NCBI GenBank assembly: GCA_040954595.2
Contig: CM082580.2
Coordinates: forward strand, 4,578,783-4,642,782
Direction of reading: 5' to 3'
DNA: 64,000 nt
DNA from: Balanoglossus misakiensis
Lineage: Eukaryota > Animalia > Hemichordata
The translations under genes and the position numbers were made by a program. The notes below the pieces were generated by a model. That model ran no database searches, was not told the origin of the DNA, and worked only from the letters and a program-made list of their open reading frames with translations. Position 1 is the first letter of the stretch. Every line of letters starts with the position of its first letter. Below, piece by piece: positions 20,582 through 32,822 of the stretch.

Positions 20582-21054
20582 AAGATTGGTAATAAAATTT
20601 TTAAAAAAATCAATGTGTCATTTCTTGATATGTTTGTCGATGTTGTAGATAACTGTAAAAAAAAACCCAACCATAATCGTGGAAAACACGACCTAGGTCG
20701 CCGAATGTCACTACAGGCCTGTATGTAAGACAAATCCATTTCACAACCACAACGTGACACAGAGATGCATTCGATCATTGCTGCGATTTTTATTCTGATT
20801 TTATTTTTATTCATTGTCAACCCGCAACCTGCACATTAATCACTTTCTAGCGCCAAAGAAATAATAAAAGCCATATTCCCCTTGCTGATCTGAGAATTGT
20901 GAACTGCCATCGATCCGCTTGAAGTCATTCTCAGATTTTGTTTTTCCTTTGATTGGACAGAGACTATACATATGTGCAATAAAGTACCCTTCAGGGGGGG
21001 GGGGGGGGCATGGGGAAATATGGGTTGTCATATTTTACAAATCTGCCCTTGTCA

Positions 21055-21260
21055 AGAGTAGTGTTCCTGTACAAGTTGATAGACTTAGGAAACATGTTAT
21101 TGCTTGAGTTTTTCTTCTTTCTTCTTGAGTCGTTTTTTCGGCCGTACTTTTCTCAGAAACCCTTGCCCCTGCGCTTATCAAACTTGGCACGTTGGTTGGG
21201 GCCCATGAGTACTGGTGCACCTGCCCTTTGAATTTGTAAATAGTCACGTGACTTGGTGAT
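21055..21260 (+). mobile_element. Possible Helentron-associated (HINE/DINE-like) fragment
   Basis: Short inverted TGTTCCT...AGGAAACA, a CTT-rich tract, then a TCAAACTTGGCAC core; resemblance only. Confidence 0.3.
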
Positions 21261-21938
21261 TTAATACCCCTCTCCCCACAGAAAAATTTCCTATAGTAAT
21301 ACATCCTATATGACACCCTATTAAATAGTCCCGTAGCAGTCTACTAGGAATGTTACTGGGGTCCCAGTTGACAGTCCAGTTGTGCAAACATGACACATCC
21401 CTGTACTCACATACACAGCACACTTACATTTAAGCGACTCAAACATAACATTTTATATTTTAGTTTTATTGTCAAATAAACTAGTCACTAGATGTATTAC
21501 AAAATAACCATTAAATGGTTATTATATATTCATAATTAACAGCAGCCAGTATTACAAGGTTGAAGGTTCATCAAGAGACTCAGAACGCATCTTCATGGCA
21601 AAGTAGATAAATTTTGCAAGATTGCGTTAAACTATAAAAGCTGATTATGGCCTTATTTTGCTACCCTGTGTAAAACATTTCCCACATTCGCTGCATAATC
21701 ATGGTCTTTCATTTGAATGGATTGTGGTCTTTCAGACTGCTATTATTAGTAAAGGTTTTCCCGCATTCACTGCATGAATAAGGTCTTCCATTTCAATAAA
21801 TCCTCATATGTACCTTTAGCTGGCTACGATAAGTAAAACTTTTCCATTGATCACTCATTGCATGAATAAGGTCGTTCAATTGAATGATTCTGCATGTGTA
21901 CCTTCAAATTGCTACTCTGTGTAAAAGTTTTACCACAT

Positions 21939-24900
21939 TCACTGCTCTTTTGAATGGATTCTCATGTGTACCTCTAGCTGGCTACGATATGTAAAAGTTT
22001 TGCCGCATTCATTGCATAAAAATGCTCTTTCATTCGTATGGATTCTCATGTGTACCTTCAGATCGCTCCTCTGTACAAAAGTTTTCCCACATTCACTACA
22101 TGAATATGGTCTTTCATTTGAATGATACTGCATGTGTACCTTCAGACTGTTATTCTGAGTAAAACTTTTCCCACACTCACTGCATGAATAAGGTTTTTCA
22201 TTTGAATGAATCCGCATGTGTATCTTCAGATTGCTGCTCTGTGCAAAAGTTTTCCCACATTCATGGCATAAATATGGTCTTTCTTTTGAATGGACCCTCT
22301 TGTGGTCCTTCAGATCACTATTCCGAGTAAAACTTTTCCCACATTCACCGCATGAATAAGGTCTTTCTTTTGAATGGATCATCATGTGTTCCTTCAGATT
22401 GCTATTCCGAGTAAAACTTTTCCCACATTCACTGCATAAATATGGTCTTTCTTTTGAATGGATCCTCATGTGTACCTTCAGATAGCTACTTAGTGCAAAT
22501 GTTTTACCACATTCACTGCACGAATGAGGTCTTTCATTTGAATGGATCTTCGTGTGTTCCTTCAGACTGCTATTCTGAGTAAAGATTTTACCACATTCAC
22601 TGCATGAAAATGGTCTTTCTGAATGGAGTCTCATGTGTACCTTCAGATAGCTACTCCGTGCAAATGTTTTACCACAGTCACTGCATGAATATGGCTTTTC
22701 ATTTGAATGGATCCTCTTGTGGTCCTTCAGACTGCCACGTGCTTTGAAACTTTTCCCACATGCACTGCATGAATATAAAGGTCGTTCATTTGAATGGATC
22801 CTCATGTGGTACTTCAGACTGCCACGCGCTGTGAAACTTTTCCCACATTCGCTGCATGAATAAGGTCTTTCATTTGAATGGATCCTCACGTGTACCTTCA
22901 GTTGGCCATTCTGTGTAAAAGTTTTACCGCATTCACTACATGAATAAGGTCGTTCATTTGAATGGATCCTCTTATGGTCCTTCAGACCGCTATTCCAAGT
23001 AAAGGTTTTACCACATTCACTGCAGGAATATGGTCTTTCAATTGAATGGCTCCACATGTGTACCTTCAGACGGCTACTATAAGTAAAAGTTTTCCCACAT
23101 TCACTGCATGAATGAGGTCTTTCCTTTGAATGGGTCATCTCGTGTTTCTTCAGACTGCTATTCCAAGTAAAGGTTTTACCACATTCACCGTATGAATGAG
23201 GTCTTTCCTTTGAATGGATCTTCTCGTGTATCTTCAGACTGCTATTTCGAGTAAAGGTTTTACCACATTCACTGCATGAATGAGGTCTTTCATTTGAATG
23301 GATCTTCTTGTGGTCCTTCAGACTGCTATTCCGAGTAAAGGTTTTACCACATTCACCGCATGAATGAGGTCTTTCCTCTGAATGGATCTTCTTGTGTCTC
23401 TTCAGACTGCTATTCCAAGTAAAGGTTTTACCACATTCACCGCATGAATGAGGTCTTTCCTTTAAATGGATCTTCTCGTGTATCTTCAGACTGCTATTCC
23501 GAGTAAAGGTTTTACCACATTCACTACATGAATAAGGTCTTTCATTTGAATGGATCTTCTTGTGTCTCTTCAGACTCTTATTCCGAGTAAAGGTTTTACC
23601 ACATTCACTGCATGAATAAGGTCTTTCATTTGAATGGATCTTCTCATGTTTCTTCAGACTGCTATTCCGAGTAAAGGTTTTACCACATTCACTGCATGAA
23701 TAAGGTCTTTCATTTGAATGGATCTTCTTGTGTCTCTTCAGACTGCTATTCCGAGTAAAGGTTTTACCACATTCACTGCATGAGTAAGGTCTTTCATTTG
23801 AATGATTCTGCATGTGTACCTTCACAGGCTTCAGATCACCACTGCTAACTTCATCAGGTGGGTTCTCTTCAATATGGCCATAGTGTGCCAGGGTGTTGAC
23901 AATCAATGACACATCTGTTAGGTGATAACAAACATCAGGAAGGGTTAGAAAAATTGTATCAAAAGAAAAATAAACTAACTGTATATTATGTGGGTCACAC
24001 ACACACACACACACACACCATTAAAATGGTTCTGAAGCTTCTCAGATGAAAAACTGGAGTAAATTTTTATTTGTGAACGGTGGTCCTGGAACGTCTCGCA
24101 TTTGAGACAGCTTTGCCGGCCAGACCCGAGCCAGTGTAAGAATTAACACCTCTCCGCAACTCATTGTCAATGGGGCCGAGCCTCAGTGCCTATACAGAAA
24201 CTTTGTGTGTGTGGACACACAAGGCAACTCAACTGATTAACAGTATGTGCTTACTGTATGTGCTTAGCATAGGCAAATAGTGTCTCAAATTTATATGTGT
24301 ATAGGGGCTTTAACTGTATGCTTACTTACCATCAGAAGATTCAGTGCCATCATCACAGCGATGCCTTACTTCACCAAGTGATGTTTCCAACAGTCTGCCA
24401 AGTTCATGGTATATATTTGAATTTCTGTACTGCCCGCACACTTCAGAACATTCTGGAATAATAAGGCACAAGCTCATTTAATTACATGTGGTAACTACCT
24501 CAATGAACAGCAGCTTACATTGCAAATTTTAATATTTGTTTGTGCTACAGCTTTTGTAGACATCATCCATGAAATAACCTGGACTCATTGATTGTATCTG
24601 TGGACACTGAAATGAATCAGAACAATTTCAATGTGACTAAAATGAAGTCAACAGTCTTACAGGTGGTGTGTGCTATCCAAAAACTCAAATAAGTCCAAGT
24701 TTTTTTTTGATGCAGAATGTTGCTACAAAATCTGCTGCAAGTATTGGGCAGAAAAGTAAATTTTTACACAGTATAATCTACTGTTCCCCATGTAACACAC
24801 ACACACACACCTTGTATTGAATTTGATTAAAAGGTAAAAAAAAACTTAGGCTGAAACATAAAAGGAGTGAAATGACATGTTATCCTACTTCTGCCGTCCA

Positions 24901-26281
24901 CACACGCACACAGGTATAACCATAACTTGAGTAGCCCTGTGTTCATTTGCTCCTTTTCTGAGTCATAGCGCGATCGCATTCCCACGCGACTGTGGTTGAT
25001 TGGGCCGAAGGTGGATAAATTGTATGGCTGCAGCAATGGTCTTTCAAGTATTTTGAATGACACTAACAGGGTTGAATACACGAGCGTGAAGTTGGCCTCA
25101 TCCTCATCCTCAGCTTCGCCAGCCTCATCCTCATCCTCATCTTCAGCTTCGTGACCCAGCCTCAGCTTCGTGACCCTTCGTGACCCCAGCCTCAGCTTCG
25201 TGACCCCAGGAAGTAAACATCAAAATTATCCAAACGATCGGTAAAAAGAACAAATGGAGTCAAAAGAAGAAATTCAATCAATTATTTAGACTATCCCATG
25301 TAAATTATTTTACTTACATCGCTTTCGCTTCTTTTAGATCACATCAGATATACGAAATTCACGATAATTTTGAAATCTTCCTGAGGTCACGAAGCTGAGT
25401 CTGAGGTCACGAAGCTGAGGATGAGGATGAGGATGAGGATGAGGCTGGCGAAGCTGAGGATGAGGATGAGGATGAGGCCAACTTCACGCTCGTGTTGAAT
25501 ACTGTAAACAATGATATTTCTTTCTCACACTCATATGGCCGCAGGGAGTGTGGGATCAAATCGTGTTAATGCGCACACAAACAACTGTTATCTGACACGA
25601 GCTCTGATTGGATAATGATAATCGTACCCCTCAGAACGAGCAAATATTATCCAATTGTGTTATGTGTTGAACGCAAACTGGAACTACAATGTGATCAGGT
25701 CATGTGCAGACGACAGTGTGGTGTACGTGGTTGGCGACAGACTCACACAAAAAACGGTTGGATTTTCTGGATATCGCTTGAATCTATGCCAATGGAAACA
25801 ATCTCCATATTTTAATATTTTGAGCACATTTTTGTAGCAATTGTGTACTGTAAACTCGTGAGGAAACGGGACTATGTTTTGCGGGGCGGATATATGACCA
25901 GTCATGCAGTTATTAGTTGGTACTTTATAGATTTAGTTTTTTTATTGTAAATAAACGTTATTATCGCAAATTTCTGGTCGTGTGGGAAATAGAATCTCAC
26001 ACACCAAGGACCTAGGATCATATTTCCCACACTCGTCGGGGATATTTTGTCCCACACTTGCCTGGGGCTCGTGTGGGACGAAAAATTCCCAACTTGTGTG
26101 AGAAATACGATCCCAGGTCCTTGGGAGTGTGAGATTTTATTAATCTCGACAGGCAAAGATGTAATAACATATACATACCAGCACTTTTCAAATCCCCTGA
26201 TAATGGGTCCTCCTGGCCCCGGCTTCGAACGTTTCCACTTGTCAACAATCCACTAAGCAGCGTGTTGTTGGCTTCCTCCAT
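21939..26281 (-). CDS. C2H2 zinc-finger gene A, 3 coding exons, 22 fingers (finger 8 has a Cys->Tyr change)
   Basis: Exons 26281-26179 (MEEANN...KSA), 24452-24330 (123 nt), 23914-21939; canonical GT-AG junctions, all phase 1, giving one open frame. Confidence 0.9.
25079..25494. mobile_element. 416-bp MITE with CA...TG termini and 7-bp TSD (P-element-like), absent from the paralogous site
   Basis: TIR CACGAGCGTGAAGTTGGCCTCATCCTCATCCTCA...; TSD TTGAATA at 25072-25078 and 25495-25501; empty site GGGTCGAATACTGT at ~30264-30277. Confidence 0.9.
25988..26143 (-). mobile_element. Terminal hairpin of element family H2 (gene A intron 1)
   Basis: ~70-bp arm inverted repeat that starts TTAA on the minus strand; paralogous to 31106-31261. 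Confidence 0.7.
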
Positions 26282-26308
26282 TTTTACAACGGGTTAATGT
26301 TAAGGCGG

Positions 26309-26349
26309 GGTTAAAGGTCATGAGGTCAGTGAATCGCGCCACCTAGCGG
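26309..26349 (-). promoter_or_regulatory. CTCF-consensus motif plus nuclear-receptor DR1/DR2 half-site array upstream of the ZNF start; also at ~31427-31467 and ~37411-37452
   Basis: CCGCTAGGTGGCGC (minus) at 26349-26336; AGGTCAtgAGGTCA (plus) at 26315-26328. Conserved in the diverged gene C copy. Confidence 0.5.
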
Positions 26350-27709
26350 ATGGTGAGGAAACGGCCGGAGGAAAGTCTCACAGGTCCCTGACCTCAATGA
26401 AGATGTCCCCACATTCATTCTTGAAATTGATTTGCACATAGTCTAAGACCTTTATCATTCATAATTCATGTCTGGGTATGAATTTGTTGAACTATAGGCC
26501 TCTGTCCAACACTGATTTGTTTTACACGCTAATTTTCAACAGATGCACTCACTTTATGAGTTTATCGTGGTTTTAACTCCTGGTGCAATTTTTTTTTGTT
26601 TTCCGTTTTGAAAACAAACGGCGTAGCCTAAGCAAGTTATTTAATGATGTTTTAAGTGGGTAAACACCAATTGAACATTTTAAAAACAATAGTGACTAAT
26701 ACTAGTATTCCCGCTCTACGATGTTACACATAAAAAAATATCTGCCGGATTACAATTGGTGACTGTAGAATTGCGAAGGAAATATTAAAATTATCAAATA
26801 AGCATCGAATCATCAGCCAATCGATCATGGCTACAAGGGTAAAACAATTCACTAAGGTATAGATTTCTAAATGCTTATTGAATTGTTCTACCCTAACCAC
26901 GAATCTAACAACATACCATGCTAGCAACAACATACTACACACATTAACAATAAAAACAACAAATTTACGAACTCCAGATATATTTTTATTTCTTATTAAT
27001 ATCTAATCGTTATCATTTTCAACAACAATAACAACAAGTTTACGTTGTACAAATAAATTTTTAGTTTAAAGGGAAGCGGTCGTCGCTCCGCGTGGGTGTC
27101 CCCCCCCCCCCCCCTGATGAGAATATGTCCTCCCATACCAGCACAAACCCCACTGCAGTCGCCACAACCTACTAGGATCTTCAGTTGCTGTCATGCCCAG
27201 TCTTTGCTACGCCTACGGTTGGCTGCTTCGTTCATTCTAAGGGATTTGTGGATGAATTGTAATGTTTGTCAACAAACAAACTTGGCGCGACGACCCCTTC
27301 ACTTTAATTTAAAAAAATCTAATCATCAATATCCCCGCCATTATTGGAGATCGAGCTCCCTGTGGTTTAAATGACTGTTTTCATATGACAACAATTGAAT
27401 CTCGCTAAAATAAAATACTAGTAGAATTTATTCAATCAATACTGAATGTACAATGCGTCTTCAAATTTAATTTATGCAAATGACTGATTGTTTGCATGGA
27501 CTGATAGTGCGTAGAAAAGATTTACCACATTCACTGATTCAGTATGGTCTTCAGGTGAATGGATTATCATGTGGGCCTTCATATTGTCACTCCATGTAAA
27601 ACTTTTCTCACATTCACTGCATGAATACAGTCTTTCGTTTGAATGATTCCATATGTGTACCTCCAGATGGCTACCCTGGGTAAAATGATTTCCCACATTC
27701 GCTGCATAA

Positions 27710-30700
27710 TTAGGGTCTTTCGTTTGAATGGATTTCCTTGTGGTATTTCAGACTGCTATAAAAAGTATAGGTTTTCCCACATTCACTGCATGAGAATGGT
27801 CTTTCCTTTGTATGGATCCTCATGTGAACCTTCATACTGCCAGACTGTGTAAAAGTTTTTCCACATTCACTACATGAATATGGTCTTTCATTTGAATGGA
27901 TCTTCTCGTGTGTCTTCAGAGTGCTACTCTGTGTAAAAGTTTTACCACATTCACTGCATAAATATGGTCGCTCGTTTGAATGGATTCTCATGTGTACCTC
28001 TAGCTGGCGAGGATAAGCAAAACTTTTCCCACATTCACTGCATGAATAAGGTCTTTCATTTGAATGGATTCTTATGTGGTGTTTCAGATGGCCATACTGT
28101 GTAAAAGTTTTACCACATTCACTGCATAAATATGGTCTTTCATTTGAATGAATCTGCATGTGTAATTTCAGATAGCTAGGATAAGTAAAACTTTTCCCAC
28201 AGTCGCTGCATGAATACGGTCTATCATTTGAATGGATCCTCTTGTGGTCCTTCAGACTGCGGCGCTTTGTGAAACTTTTCCCACATTCATTGCATGAATA
28301 ATAAGGTTGTTCATTTGAATGAATCATCATGTGGTCCTTCAGATTGCTATTCCTTGCGAAACTTTTCCCACATTCACTGCATGAATATGGTCTTTCATTT
28401 GAATGGATGCGTATGTGGTGTTTCAGATGGCCATACTGTGTAAAAGTTTTACCACATTCACTACATGAATAAGGTCTTTCATTTGAATGGATCCTCATGT
28501 GATATTTCAGATGGCCATTCTGTGTAAAACTTTTCCCACATTCACTGCATGAATAAGGTCTTTCATTTGAATGGATCCTCATGTGTACCTTCAGATGGCC
28601 ATTCTGTGTATAAGTTTTACCACATTCACTACATGAATAAGGCCTGTCCTTCGAATGGGTCTTCTCGTGTTTCTTCAGATGGCCATTTTTAGTAAAAGTT
28701 TTACCACATTCACTGCATGAATATGGTCTTTGATTTGAATGAATCTGCATGTGGCTCTTCAGATGGCCATTCTGTGTAAAAGTTTTCCCACATTCGCTGC
28801 ATAAATATGGTCTTTCATTTAAATGGATCCTCATGTGTACCTTCAGATGGCCATTCTGTTTATAAGTTTTACCACATTCACTACATAAATAAGGCCTGTC
28901 CTTTGAATGGGTCTTCTCGTGTTTCTTCAGACTGCTATTCCAAGTAAAGGTTTTACCACATTCACTGCATGAGTAAGGTCTTTCATTTGAATGATTCTGC
29001 ATGTGTACCTTCACAGGCTTCAGATCACCACTGCTAACTTCATCAGGTGGGTTCTCTTCAATATGGCCATAGTGTGCCAGGGTGTTGACAATCAATGACA
29101 CATCTGTTAGGTGATAACAAACATCAGGAAGGGTTAGAAAAATTGTATCAAAAGAAAAATAAACTAACTGTATATTATGTGGGTCACACACACACACACA
29201 CACACACACACCATTAAAATGGTTCTGAAGCTTCTCAGATGAAAAACTGGAGTAAATTTTTATTTGTGAACGGTGGTCCTGGAACGTCTCGCATTTGAGA
29301 CAGCTTTGCCGGCCAGACCCGAGCCAGTGTAAGAATTAACACCTCTCCGCAACTCATTGTCAATGGGGCCGAGCCTCAGTGCCTATACAGAAACTTTGTG
29401 TGTGTGGACACACAAGGCAACTCAACTGATTAACAGTATGTGCTTACTGTATGTGCTTAGCATAGGCAAATAGTGTCTCAAATTTATATGTGTATTGGGG
29501 CTTTAACTGTATGCTTACTTACCATCAGAAGATTCAGTGCCATCATCACAGCGATGCCTTACTTCACCAAGTGATGTTTCCAACAGTCTGCCAAGTTCAT
29601 GGTATATATTTGAATTTCTGTACTGCCCGCACACTTCAGAACATTCTGGAATAATAAGGCACGAGCTCATTTAATTACATGTGGTAACTACCTCAATGAA
29701 CAGCAGCTTTCATTGTAAATTTTAATATTTGTTTGTGCTACAGCTTTTGTAGACATCATCCATGAAATAACCTGGACTCATTGATTGTATCTGTGGACAC
29801 TGAAATGAATCGGAACAATTTCAATGTGACTAAAATGAAGCCAACAGTCTTACAGGTGGTGTGTGCTATCCAAAAACTCAAATAAGTCCAAGTTTTTTTT
29901 GATGCAGAATGTTGCTACAAAATCTGCTGCAAGTATTGAGCAGAAAAGTAAATGTTTACACAGTATAATCTACTGTTCCCCATGTAACACACACACACAC
30001 ACCTTGTATTGAATTTGATTAAAAGGTCAAAAAAAAACTTAGGCTGAAACATAAAAGGAGTGAATTGACATGTTATCCTACTTCTGCCGTCCACACACGC
30101 ACACAGGTATAACCATATAACTTGAGTAGCCCTGTGTTCATTTGCCCCTTTTCTGAGTCATAGCGCGATCGCATTCCCACGTGACTGTGGTTGATTGGGC
30201 CGAAGGTGGAGAAATTGTATGGCTGCAGCAATGGTCTTTCAAGTATTTTGAATGACACTAACAGGGTCGAATACTGTAAACAATGATATTTCTTTCTCAT
30301 GTACTCATATGGCCGCAGGGAGTGTGGGATCAAATCGATCCCACACTCTGCGCACACAAACAACTGTTATCTGACACGAGCTCTGATTGGATAATGATAT
30401 TCGTAACCCTCAGAACGAGCAAATATTTAAGCAATAAAACACCCCCAGCCATGGTATATCACGAGATTTTGACCAGTTCACGACATATACGCACGAGCGA
30501 TAGCGAGTGCGTATATGGAGTTGAACTGGTCAAAATCGAGTGGTATACCATGGCTGGGGGTGTTTTATTGCTATTATATTATGCCAGTATATTGAAACTT
30601 TGCATAAAACATTTTAAAAAGGCATTTTCTTTAACTATGATATATGACTGTGGTATATGGCTAATATATCACGGTCACGTGTCGTGTCTCGACCAATCAA

Positions 30701-31399
30701 ATAGCGTGATTTACACCATCAATATACTGGTATAATATAATATCCAATTGTGTGATGTGTTGAACGCAAACTGGAACTACAATGTGATCAGGTCATGTGC
30801 AGACGACAGTGTGGTGTACGTGGTTGGCGACAGACTCACACACAAAAAAAAAACGGTTGGATTTTCTAGATATCGCTTGAATCTATGCCACTGGAAACAA
30901 TCTCCATATTTTAATGTGTTGAGCACATTTTTGTAGCATGTGTGTACTGTAAACTCGTGAGGAAATGGGGACTATGTTTTGCGGGACGGATCAATATATG
31001 ACCGGTCATGCAGTTATTAGTTGGTATTTTATAGATTTATATTTTATTTTATTTAGTTCTTTTATTGTAAATAAACGTTATTATCAAATTTATGGTCGTG
31101 TGGGAAATAGAATCTCACACACCAAGGACCTGGGATCATATTTCCCACACTCGTCGGGGATATTTTGTCCCACACTCGCCTGCGGCTCGTGTGGGACGAA
31201 AAATTCCCAACTTGTGTGAGAAATACGATCCCAGGTCCTTGGGAGTGTGAGATTTTATTAATCTCGACAGGCAAAGATGTAATAACATATACATACCAGC
31301 ACTTTTCAAATCCCCTGATAATGGGTCCTCCTGGCCCCGGCTTCGAACGTTTCCACTTGTCGACAATCCACTAAGCAGCGTGTTGTTGGCTTCCTCCAT
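27710..31399 (-). CDS. C2H2 zinc-finger gene B, 3 coding exons, 15 fingers; chimeric (A-type 5' part, C-type 3' part)
   Basis: Exons 31399-31297, 29645-29523, 29103-27710. Confidence 0.9.
30427..30740 (+). mobile_element. Full-length 314-bp hairpin element, family H1; no TSD; absent from the paralogous site
   Basis: Starts TTAAGCAATAAAACACCCC, ~70-bp-arm hairpin at 30430-30572, ends ...GGTATATAATAA. Empty site CAAATAT|TATCC at ~25641-25652. Confidence 0.9.
31106..31261 (-). mobile_element. Terminal hairpin of element family H2 (gene B intron 1); the element may extend left to ~30071
   Basis: Minus strand TTAATAAAATCTCACAC...CACGAGCCGCAGGCGAGTG...GTGTGAGATTCTATT. Confidence 0.7.
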
Positions 31400-32822
31400 T
31401 TTTACAACGGGTTAATGTTAAGGCGGGGTTAAAGGTCATGAGGTCAGTGAATCGCGCCACCTAGCGGATGGTGAGGAAACGGCCGGAGGAAAGTCTCACA
31501 GGTCCCTGACCTCAATGAAGATGTCCCCACATTCATTCTTGAAATTGATTTGCACATAGTCTAAGACCTTTATCATTCATAATTCATGTCTGGGTATGAA
31601 TTTGTTGAACTATAGGCCTCTGTCCAACACTGATTTGTTTTACACGCTAATTTTCAACAGATGCACTCACTTTATGAGTTTATCGTGGTTTTAACTCCTG
31701 GTGCAATTTTTTTTTGTTTTCCGTTTTGAAAACAAACGGCGTAGCCTAAGCAAGTTATTTAATGATGTTTTAAGTGGGTAAACACCAATTGAACATTTTA
31801 AAAACAATAGTGACTAATACTAGTATTCCCGCTCTACGATGTTACACATAAAAAAATATCTGCCGGATTACAATTGGTGACTGTAGAATTGCGAAGGAAA
31901 TATTAAAATTATCAAATAAGCATCGAATCATCAGCCAATCGATCATGGCTACAAGGGTAAAACAATTCACTAAGGTATAGATTTCTAAAGGCTTATTGAA
32001 TTGTTCTACCCTAACCACGAATCTAACAACATACCATGCTAGCAACAACATACTAACGACATTAACAATAAAAACAACAACAAATTTACGAACTCCAGAT
32101 ATATTTTTATTTCTTATTGATATCTAATCGTTATCATTTTCAACAACAATAACAACAAGTTTACGTTGTACAAATAAATTTTTAGTTTAAAGGGAAGCGG
32201 TCGTCGCTCCGCGTGGGTGTCCCCCCTGATGAGAATATGTCCTCCCATACCAGCACAAACCCCACTGCAGTCGCCACAACCTACTAGGATCTTCAGTCGC
32301 TGTCATGCCCAGTCTTTGCTATGGCTACAGTTGGCTGCTTCGTTCATTCTAAGGGATTTGTGGATGAATTGTAATGTTTGTCAACAAACAAACTCGGCGC
32401 GACAACCCCTTCACTTTAATTTTTAAAAAATCTAATCATCAATATCCCCGCCATAATTGGAGATCGAGCTCCCTGTGGTTAAAATGACTGTTTTAATATG
32501 ACAACAATTGAATCTCGCTAAAATAAAATACTAGTAGAATTTATTCAATCAATGCTGAATGTGCAATGCGTCTTCAAATTTAATTTATGCAAATGACTGA
32601 TTGTTTGCATGGACTGATAGTGAGTAGAAAAGATTTACGACATTCACTGATTCAGTATGGTCTTCAGGTGAATGGATTATCATGTGGGCCTTCATATTGT
32701 CACTCCATATAAAACTTTTCTCACATTCACTGCATAAATACAGTCTTTCGTTTGAATGATTCCATATGTGTACCTCCAGATGGCTACCCTGGGTAAAATG
32801 ATTTCCCACATTCGCTGCATAA

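Noticed and set aside
20068-20820. 250-aa minus-strand ORF, and the poly-Val tail of the plus ORF
   Set aside because: Antisense shadow of the gag fragment plus (GTT)n; no independent coding signal.
23915-24014. ORF-track N-termini of the ZNF proteins (MCVCVC..., MATAAN...)
   Set aside because: Intron sequence upstream of the exon 3 acceptor; the real starts are the MEEAN exons.
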